The position numbers and the translations under genes are program-made. This document shows, piece by piece, positions 31,655 to 39,191 of a DNA stretch of 64,000 bases (within the stretch, counting starts at the first letter, position 1; each line of letters begins with the position of its first letter). The notes beneath the pieces were generated by a model that saw only the letters and a program-made list of their open reading frames with translations, searched no databases and was not told where the DNA came from. The DNA comes from Gammaproteobacteria bacterium. Lineage in GTDB: Bacteria > Pseudomonadota > Gammaproteobacteria > PS1 > Pseudothioglobaceae. Location of the stretch: positions 12,323-76,322 of the forward strand of contig JAUWPG010000001.1 in NCBI GenBank assembly GCA_030611725.1, written 5' to 3'.

Positions 31655-32833
31655 ATGTTGCGACTTATTTTTTGCTTATTATTAACGACATCTGCATATG
31701 CCGATGATACCACTGCACACAACTTTGAAGCATTCTTAGTAGATATTCGTACTCAAGCAATTAACCAGGGCATATCAACCGCAACACTAGACCTTGTATT
31801 TAAAGGATTAACGCCCAATCCAAAGGTCATTGAACTTGATCGCACACAAGCAGAATTTAGCCAAAATTTTTGGCGTTATCTAGGTTCTAGAGTGAGTCCA
31901 TATCGACTCAAAAACGGCGGGAAATTACTCAAAGCCCACCAAGATGTTTTACAACATAATTATCAAAAATATGGCGTTCCACCACACATTATTGTTGCGT
32001 TCTGGGGCCTAGAAACCAACTATGGTAACAACACTGGTAATTTAAACCTAGTCAGGTCTCTTGCCACCTTAAGTTTTGATAAACGACGCTCAGTCTTTTT
32101 TACCAAACAACTCTTAGCCCTACTCAAATTGATGGATGCGAATATAATCCCGCTAGATGCTAAAGGCTCCTGGGCGGGTGCGATGGGTAACGTGCAATTT
32201 ATGCCGACCAATGTCGCTGCTTATGGCGTGGATGGTGATGGCGATAACAAGATTGGCTTGTGGAATAATAAAGACGATATTTTTGCCAGTGCAGCTAACT
32301 TCTTGCAAAAAATTGGCTGGCATCGAGGGGAACGCTGGGGGCGTGAAGTCACTATTCCATCAGAATTTAGCTACCAACTGGCCAGTCTAAAAATTAAAAA
32401 AACCGTTGATGAATGGCAAGCACTTGGTGTGCGCACCGCCACTGGGAAAAACCTGCCAAGCTCAGCCATGAAAGCATCGTTAGTACTACCTATGGGCTAT
32501 AATGGCCCGGCTTTTCTGGCCTATCGAAACTTCCATGCAATCCTTAGGTGGAATCACTCAATTCTCTACGCTTTATCCGTTGGTCATTTATCTGATCGTC
32601 TGGCCGGCACCCGCGCATTATTTGCCAAGCCGATTACCGAGCCAGCTTTGAGTCGTGACAACATCCAATTTATTCAAACCACACTCAATCAATTGGGTTT
32701 TGATACTGGAGAACCTGACGGTATCTCTGGGCCGAAAACACGAGCCGCAACACGTAACTATCAACGTGCCAATCAATTACCAATTGACGGCTACGTTGGC
32801 TACCAACTCCTACAGCAATTACAAGACTCATGA
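31655..32833 (+). CDS. Lytic murein transglycosylase (MltB/SltB-like) with a C-terminal peptidoglycan-binding domain
   Basis: 392 aa with signal peptide. WGLETNYG, GAMGNVQFMP; C-terminal PG_binding_1-like LGFDTGEPDGISGPKTRAA. Confidence 0.8.
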   Translation: MLRLIFCLLLTTSAYADDTTAHNFEAFLVDIRTQAINQGISTATLDLVFKGLTPNPKVIELDRTQAEFSQNFWRYLGSRVSPYRLKNGGKLLKAHQDVLQHNYQKYGVPPHIIVAFWGLETNYGNNTGNLNLVRSLATLSFDKRRSVFFTKQLLALLKLMDANIIPLDAKGSWAGAMGNVQFMPTNVAAYGVDGDGDNKIGLWNNKDDIFASAANFLQKIGWHRGERWGREVTIPSEFSYQLASLKIKKTVDEWQALGVRTATGKNLPSSAMKASLVLPMGYNGPAFLAYRNFHAILRWNHSILYALSVGHLSDRLAGTRALFAKPITEPALSRDNIQFIQTTLNQLGFDTGEPDGISGPKTRAATRNYQRANQLPIDGYVGYQLLQQLQDS

Positions 32834-33258
32834 ATGTTAAAACTTACCTAGGTTTTGATGTTGGTACCAAGCGTACTGGCGTTGCCATTGCCAATAATTT
32901 GATTGCGCAAGCCAATGGCTTTGAAGTGGTTGTTCATCATAAAGATGGCTCAACCAATTGGGCGGATTTCGACTCAATCATCAATACGCATGATGTCGAT
33001 TTATTTATTGTCGGCTTGCCACTTGATCAAGATGGGAAAGAGCAAGAAATGACTTTTATCGCCAAATCATTCGCTAGAAAGCTTGGAGAGCGCTACAACA
33101 CCAAGGTCGAGATGGTTGATGAGTATTTATCCTCAAATGAAGCCAAAAACCAATTAAAATACAATCATTATCATCCAAACGCAGAGCGCGGTGATGTTGA
33201 TAAACGCTCAGCACAGTTAATATTGCAAACATGGTTAAATGAAAAAAAATTTGATTAG
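32830..33258 (+). CDS. ruvX: Pre-16S rRNA nuclease / Holliday junction resolvase-like YqgF
   Basis: 142 aa. LGFDVGTKRTGVAIAN. Confidence 0.88.
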   Translation: MNVKTYLGFDVGTKRTGVAIANNLIAQANGFEVVVHHKDGSTNWADFDSIINTHDVDLFIVGLPLDQDGKEQEMTFIAKSFARKLGERYNTKVEMVDEYLSSNEAKNQLKYNHYHPNAERGDVDKRSAQLILQTWLNEKKFD

Positions 33259-34201
33259 CAATGACATCCAAATCAGCCCAAAAGGAAAATTAATCCATTT
33301 ATTAGGTCTTGAGGGTCTTTCTAAAAAACATTTAACTCGTATTCTTGATGTTGCTGACGGGCTAATCGACGATTCTGGTAACCTTAAAAAATCCAAAGCA
33401 CTCGACGACATGAGTGTGGCCAACTTATTTTTCGAGCCTTCTACCCGTACACGAAACACCTTTGAAATTGCAGGCATGCGCACCAGCGCCAACATTATTA
33501 ACGTCGATCTAGCTAACTCAGCTACTAAGAAAAATGAATCTCTGCTCGATACCATGCACACACTCAAAGCCATGCAAATCGACATGTTTGTGATTCGTCA
33601 TAAACAAAACGGCTTGCCACACCACGTGGCTGAAAATTTAGAAGGCGTTTCTATTCTCAATGCGGGTGACGGTATTAACGCCCATCCAACACAAGCATTG
33701 TTAGACATGCTCACCATCCGTCAACATAAGCAAAGTTTCAAGAACTTATCGGTTGCCATTGTTGGTGATATTGTGCACTCACGAGTGGCACACTCCAATA
33801 TTCAAGCTTTAAAAACCTTGGGAACAAGAGACATTCGCTTGGTAGCACCAAAAGGCCTGCAATACGACTCTGAAAGTTGTGCAACGGTTAAGTGTTTCAG
33901 TGACATTCAAGCAGGCTTAAAAGATTGCGACGTGGTCATAGTGCTTCGCTTACAAAAAGAACGCATGTTGGAAGCCGATATCCCGAACGAGCAAGAGTAC
34001 TTTGATAATTATGGCCTTACTGCTGAGCGTTTAGCACTTGCCAAGCCCGATGCTATTGTTATGCATCCGGGCCCAATTAATCGCGGCGTTGAGATAGATT
34101 CATCGATCGCGAACGGTATTCAGTCTGTCATCTTACAACAAGTCACCAACGGTATTGCTGTACGTATGGCGGTAATGGAAATATTGGCCGGAAAATCATA
34201 A
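33239..34201 (+). CDS. pyrB: Aspartate carbamoyltransferase catalytic subunit
   Basis: 320 aa. FFEPSTRTRNTFEIA, HPTQALLD, MHPGP. Confidence 0.93.
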   Translation: MKKNLISNDIQISPKGKLIHLLGLEGLSKKHLTRILDVADGLIDDSGNLKKSKALDDMSVANLFFEPSTRTRNTFEIAGMRTSANIINVDLANSATKKNESLLDTMHTLKAMQIDMFVIRHKQNGLPHHVAENLEGVSILNAGDGINAHPTQALLDMLTIRQHKQSFKNLSVAIVGDIVHSRVAHSNIQALKTLGTRDIRLVAPKGLQYDSESCATVKCFSDIQAGLKDCDVVIVLRLQKERMLEADIPNEQEYFDNYGLTAERLALAKPDAIVMHPGPINRGVEIDSSIANGIQSVILQQVTNGIAVRMAVMEILAGKS

Positions 34202-34758
34202 TGAATAATGCCATTGACTACGACGAAGCAAAAAGCGTTCTACATCTTCTTAATACTGATGATACAATTTCCAGTGCACATGGAATTTTATGTGGGTTTG
34301 CCTGTGTCAAACCCGATCTCACTCTAGATAATTGGCTTGGTGAAATCCTAGTCAGTATCGACCTTAATAATCTAAATGAAAAATTGGCCCATGAACAGCT
34401 TGCACAAATCTACAACAATACTTTGTTACAACTTAATGATGCTACATTGAATTTTAAACTGTTAATTGCAGACGAAGATTGCAAGCTTAGAGAACAAGCC
34501 GATACGCTTATTAAATGGTGTCAAGGATTTTTACTCGGTTTAGGGTTGCAAAAAATCTCAACCAACGACGAAGACGTGTTGGAGATGATGAAAGATCTTA
34601 ATGAGATATCACAACTCGATGTCGACATGTTGGACAACGAACAAAATGCCCAAGACCTCAATGGAATTATCGAATACGTACGTATGGGCACTTTACTAAT
34701 TCAAGAAACCTTACAACCATCTAAACAGGATTATATTTCTCCAGAGTTGCTCCATTAA
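34201..34758 (+). CDS. ygfB: UPF0149 family protein (YgfB-like)
   Basis: 185 aa. Aligns by eye with E. coli YgfB (HG..CG, W..GFLLGLGL, IIEYVR..LL). Confidence 0.7.
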   Translation: MNNAIDYDEAKSVLHLLNTDDTISSAHGILCGFACVKPDLTLDNWLGEILVSIDLNNLNEKLAHEQLAQIYNNTLLQLNDATLNFKLLIADEDCKLREQADTLIKWCQGFLLGLGLQKISTNDEDVLEMMKDLNEISQLDVDMLDNEQNAQDLNGIIEYVRMGTLLIQETLQPSKQDYISPELLH

Positions 34759-34838
34759 ACCTTTTCTTGGTAACTTTATGGTCAATTTTGATTGTTATTC
34801 AGTGTTTATAATACCGATATTATGTTTATTTAATTCTT

Positions 34839-34886
34839 GAAAGAGAAAGAGAAAGAGAAAGAGAAAGAGAAAGAGAAAGAGAAAGA
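34839..34886. repeat. Hexanucleotide microsatellite (GAAAGA)x8, part of a 50-nt pure polypurine tract
   Basis: Eight perfect tandem units counted in the sequence. Intergenic; no ORF with a start codon spans it. Confidence 0.95.
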
Positions 34887-35273
34887 GGCAGCCGCCTAAC
34901 TAAACTTGAGGAGAATAAAAAAAACGACTACCTAGTAGAAAGTCATAAATATATCTCGGGGGGAGAATATGGCTTTCTAATTATTATTATACCATAATAT
35001 ATTAATATATTAATATAAATTCAATCAGGTCAATCCACATGAATTATAAACTTGAAAAGTTCGTTAAGCCTTGTGTATCAAAAAAAACCCGGTTGCCGGA
35101 ATGTCAAAGACCAAAAAAATCACTCGAGTCACTTCAGGGTTATCGGGTTAAACCCTCTTTATGCTGGCCAACTATTCACCACCTATATACGTCAGTGAAA
35201 AATAGAACACAGCATAACTTGCCCAACCAGCCAAGCATGGTCGCGATTAACACTGCTGTAGACTACTAAAGAC

Positions 35274-35519
35274 TTATCTAACTAAACTGGCTGTTTGCCT
35301 TGGTGTAACTAATGGTACGGATATAGCTTGTACCACAAAATCATAGCCTTTATTGCCGTAGTTGTAAAAAGCACTGTCCAACTTTTTTGTAGTTGCTTCA
35401 GGCACAAGACCAAACATTGCCAATGGATTAAACACACCATAAGGCTTAGAAACTTCAGCATACGCACCTGTTGCTGTTAATAGTAGAAACAGTGCAATTG
35501 TGTTAATCATTATTTTCAT
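35274..35519 (-). CDS. Small secreted protein, function unknown
   Basis: 81 aa. Clear signal peptide MKIMINTIALFLLLTATGAYA|EV. Weak AAGAGA SD. Confidence 0.45.
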   Translation of the reverse strand: MKIMINTIALFLLLTATGAYAEVSKPYGVFNPLAMFGLVPEATTKKLDSAFYNYGNKGYDFVVQAISVPLVTPRQTASLVR

Positions 35520-35545
35520 TTTGTTTGTCTCTTGGTTAATTGTTA

Positions 35546-35599
35546 TGTTGCTACCTTATCTCTTGAGGAGAGAATAATTCTTTGGGGATGGTAGCAACA
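35546..35599. repeat. 10-bp inverted repeat TGTTGCTACC / GGTAGCAACA separated by 34 nt, upstream of the 81-aa gene
   Basis: Read directly. The loop contains a nested tctct/agaga hairpin and a CTTGAGGAG motif. Confidence 0.6.
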
Positions 35600-35788
35600 T
35601 GAAACATATTATATAATAAAATTATAATATGTCAAGTTTATAATATAAATAAACTCTAATATAGTTTAGCACCAAGATAAAAGACCAATATTAGTCAACA
35701 ATGATAGTTATATCAATAACTTTTAATTATGTTAAGATTTGATTGGTATTAACAAAAAAATATTTTTTATCTTGAGGGGGAAACGAAT

Positions 35789-35929
35789 ATGCTGAAATAC
35801 AACGGCCAAGAGATTGGCTCAAAAAAATGCGGCATCACACAGGTTTGTGTTGTTATGGCGATGTTAGCAGGTGCGTTTTTAACACTGTTAATTATTTGGG
35901 GCATTGTAGAATTTATGCCAGCAGTATGA
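35789..35929 (+). CDS. Unannotated 46-aa hydrophobic peptide (single TM)
   Basis: ATG preceded by a GAGGGGGA SD. Translation MLKYNGQEIGSKKCGITQVCVVMAMLAGAFLTLLIIWGIVEFMPAV. Below the 60-aa cutoff of the ORF track. Confidence 0.4.
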   Translation: MLKYNGQEIGSKKCGITQVCVVMAMLAGAFLTLLIIWGIVEFMPAV

Positions 35930-35992
35930 CCTTGTATGGCTCTTAAATAAAAAGAACAACCTAATGGTGCATTTTTTATTGGCCCATCATTA

Positions 35993-36036
35993 TTGTGGTC
36001 ACACCTAGAATTGACATCAGGGCAATAAAATCCCTA
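35993..36036 (-). pseudogene. Degenerate fragment of the tRNA-Phe 3' half (older att scar)
   Basis: ttgtggtcacacctagaattgacatcagggcaataaaatcccta aligns with tRNA-Phe 38024-38072, with several mismatches and a short deletion. Confidence 0.6.
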
Positions 36037-36065
36037 AACAATCTTTGCGTGTCGCTATTGTTGTT

Positions 36066-36135
36066 TTAAATATGGTGGCCACACCTAGAATTGAACTAGG
36101 GACACAGGGATTTTCAATCCCTTGCTCTACCAACT
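36066..36135 (-). repeat. Perfect 70-bp direct repeat of 38017-38086 (63 nt of the tRNA-Phe 3' portion plus 7 nt of flank); distal att site of the island
   Basis: Base-by-base identity checked. Sequences diverge immediately after ...ctaccaact. Confidence 0.9.
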
Positions 36136-36257
36136 ACTCACTTCGTTCATACCCTTTACAAACAGCTGGAAAGATTGGTCTATAACAATAATAAGACTTA
36201 AAGGCACTCCTTTTTTACATCTTAAATTATATCACTTTAGTGTCTTATTCAGGCCCC

Positions 36258-36277
36258 ACTGTACCAAAACTGTACCA
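36258..36277. repeat. Tandem direct 9-mers ACTGTACCA-aa-ACTGTACCA (11-bp phasing) inside the island near the distal att
   Basis: Read directly from the sequence. Confidence 0.7.
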
Positions 36278-36355
36278 TATTAAGCGAGTTGTGAATTGTG
36301 AGTCCTTCGACATCCAATACTAATTATAACACCTCTATCTAAAACACTTATACGG

Positions 36356-37090
36356 CTATACGCATCTATCTAATGGAAGATATGTTAATGATTCTATATC
36401 ACCCCTATCACCTTTAGACCATGTATTGAATGATAAACTAATTCTTTCTTCATCAGATTGGTTGGGAGGAACCATATGTTCCAAATTGCTTGGAAATAGT
36501 ATCAATTCACCTTTTCTCAATGGCAACATATATGTTGCACTATTGAAGTTATTAAATTCTTTAATATCAAATGATGTAACCGAATAATCACTCCTCTTGA
36601 ACTTAATAGGTGGTGATTTTTCATTGATAAGAGGATACCACACACCACTTACCATACTATTTGGATGTACATGCTCATGATGCCATTGATTTTTAGCATT
36701 CTTATTCAGCCATGACTGAGTAATAACCACTTTATTAGTAGCTCCCATTATATTAGTCACATACTCATCCAACTTCTCCTCAATAAATGCACGAATCCTT
36801 GATAACTCTGGTTTATCAAGTAAAAAAGTATCTTGTGATTGATGATTAAGCCCTCTAGACTCTCTGGCACTATCTTTAACTCTATATTTTTGCTTTTTAA
36901 TCCATTCCAATTCACTACTATAATCATTTGTATAAGGACAAACCAATACAGGAACAGAAAACAACTGTATCAATTCATTATTAGGAGTAGGAGATGGTGA
37001 TGGAGGAGTATTAGTTAAATTTTCAGACTTAAAATCTTCTTTTGTGAGTTGGGCCTTGTGGTTTAGATTTCTGTTGAACTTGTTTCCCAT
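36356..37090 (-). CDS. Putative 2OG-Fe(II) oxygenase (phage/marine 'TIGR02466 / 2OG-FeII_Oxy_5'-like, recalled from memory) with a Pro/Ser-rich N-terminal extension
   Basis: 244 aa. WLNKN....HEHVHPNSMVSGVWYP and GELILFPSNLEHMV....ERISLSFN match the remembered family pattern. N-terminal PPSPSPTP linker. Confidence 0.6.
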   Translation of the reverse strand: MGNKFNRNLNHKAQLTKEDFKSENLTNTPPSPSPTPNNELIQLFSVPVLVCPYTNDYSSELEWIKKQKYRVKDSARESRGLNHQSQDTFLLDKPELSRIRAFIEEKLDEYVTNIMGATNKVVITQSWLNKNAKNQWHHEHVHPNSMVSGVWYPLINEKSPPIKFKRSDYSVTSFDIKEFNNFNSATYMLPLRKGELILFPSNLEHMVPPNQSDEERISLSFNTWSKGDRGDIESLTYLPLDRCV

Positions 37091-37132
37091 AATTTAAATA
37101 GTCCATAATAAAATTGTTGCTTAGTCGGTGGT

Positions 37133-37546
37133 TTATTGGGTCTTTCCTTTTACAGCAGGGCACGGATGACCTCCGTATAATGCACTACATTCCCTAAAAC
37201 TACCCTTCGTGTGTGGTTTTGTTATCCGGCCATCCTTACTTGGTTTAAATATAGTGCGCTCTTTCTGGCTCTTTACAGCCGGGCACGGAAGACCGCCGTA
37301 TAATGCTAATGCACTACACTCCCTAAAACTACCCTTCGTGTGTGGTTTTGTTATCCGGCCATCCTTACTTGGTTTAAATACATTACCTCTTCTTTCCTGG
37401 CCCTTAAATGCATTCATATTAGGTTTCTTACCTTGGAATTTCTTAGGACTAAAATCCCTAATATGTGGGGAAGCATAAGAAGCATTGTTACCAGTAACCA
37501 ACAATAAAGTTAATGCACTAGATAGTAGTATTGTTATTTGTTGCAT
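37133..37546 (-). CDS. Secreted basic Lys/Pro-rich protein with two 43-aa tandem repeats, each carrying 2 Cys
   Basis: The ATG at 37546 is preceded by a GGGGGAAGAG SD. Signal peptide MQQITILLSSALTLLLVTGNNASYAS. Repeats FKPSKDGRITKPHTKGSFRECSAL(AL)YGG(L/H)PCPAVK. Confidence 0.5.
   Translation of the reverse strand: MQQITILLSSALTLLLVTGNNASYASPHIRDFSPKKFQGKKPNMNAFKGQERRGNVFKPSKDGRITKPHTKGSFRECSALALYGGLPCPAVKSQKERTIFKPSKDGRITKPHTKGSFRECSALYGGHPCPAVKGKTQ
37142..37380. repeat. Tandem duplication with a 129-bp period; the 61-nt cores 37191-37251 and 37320-37380 are identical
   Basis: Direct comparison of the two units. Confidence 0.9.
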
Positions 37547-37925
37547 ACTCTTCCCCCAAAGATAATTAATACTTATCACTATACTCCGCATTGCCTCGGA
37601 CACATCGCTAATTGTAATGTCTGAAATTGGTTTAATCTCAATACTCTTAACCCAGAAATCTAGCCTAGTACTTTGCTTCTTATAGTCTTTACCTTTTGTA
37701 CTCATTAGATAGGTAATCAGAAGTCAGTTTCTCCAGCGTTTGGTTCGATTTGTTACTGTTTCCATAAACCAGAAGCAGTTCTTTATCGTTCTCTACACGC
37801 TGAGCAAATTGCAATGCCAGCTTTTTAGATGGGGATGTCCTAGATATTTGCCTAATACCTTTCTTTCTAATGATAACGCGGTAAGCATTTCCTTTAGAAC
37901 GTGGTCGTTTTTGAATGGTAGCCAT
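37547..37925 (-). pseudogene. Tyrosine-recombinase (phage integrase) N-terminal relic, frameshifted and lacking the catalytic domain
   Basis: MATIQKRPRSKGNAYRVIIRKKG..ISRT..SKKLALQFAQRVE is the typical integrase N-terminus. It continues in another frame as GKDYKKQSTRLDFWVKSIEIKPISDITISDV. No R-H-R-Y catalytic region follows. Confidence 0.65.
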
Positions 37926-38023
37926 TAAGGCTTCCAATTTAGTGTGCCTTTTTTTGACTTATTAGCAAGGAAAATTAATGTGAATAAAATCCACTATTCC
38001 TTTGAGTTATATGAAGTTAAATA

Positions 38024-38099
38024 TGGTGGCCACACCTAGAATTGAACTAGGGACACAGGGATTTTCAATCCCTTGCTCTACCAACTGAGCTATGTGGCC
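38024..38099 (-). tRNA. tRNA-Phe (GAA)
   Basis: 76-nt cloverleaf: GGCCACA acceptor stem, anticodon loop TTGAAAA, GGTTCAATTCT T-arm, encoded CCA. Close to E. coli tRNA-Phe. Confidence 0.92.
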
Positions 38100-38144
38100 T
38101 TAAAAGGCAAAATTATACCAACAAATTACAAGATTAATTGGAAA

Positions 38145-39089
<945 letters not shown>

Positions 39090-39191
39090 TTAAATACCAA
39101 TCCTTTATACTTATACACAGTTTGAAACATTATAAAGGAAACGCTGATTCAGTATGCTTATTTATGATGCACCAACCAACCCAAAATTACC

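Larger units (their letters stand above)
36066..38086 (-). mobile_element. Decayed tRNA-Phe-integrated genomic islet (about 1.95 kb between repeats)
   Basis: Flanking 70-bp direct repeats derived from the tRNA, an integrase N-terminal relic adjacent to the tRNA, and phage-type cargo. Confidence 0.75.

Noticed and set aside
33235-33585. 116-aa minus-strand ORF
   Set aside because: It is antisense to the 5' part of pyrB and has no independent support.
34839-34886. Possible CRISPR array
   Set aside because: The units are 6 nt and contiguous with no spacers, so this is a microsatellite.
34981-35022. AT-only near-palindromic stretch (ttattattataccataatatattaatatattaatataaatt)
   Set aside because: This is low-complexity AT-rich spacer. 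The tandem aatatatt units could be promoter or curvature elements, but nothing specific can be supported.
35039-35269. 76-aa plus-strand ORF in the island-remnant region
   Set aside because: It has no SD before the ATG. It is convergent with and abuts the 81-aa gene. It contains several small hairpins (ccgg-ttg-ccgg, agggtt..aaccct) more consistent with a 3' UTR or non-coding DNA. It has no recognisable motif. Real coding potential cannot be excluded.
37133-37705. 190-aa ORF taken as a single protein
   Set aside because: Its first 53 codons are the second fragment of the degraded integrase. The signal peptide and SD begin at the ATG at 37546, so it was split into a pseudogene plus a 137-aa CDS.
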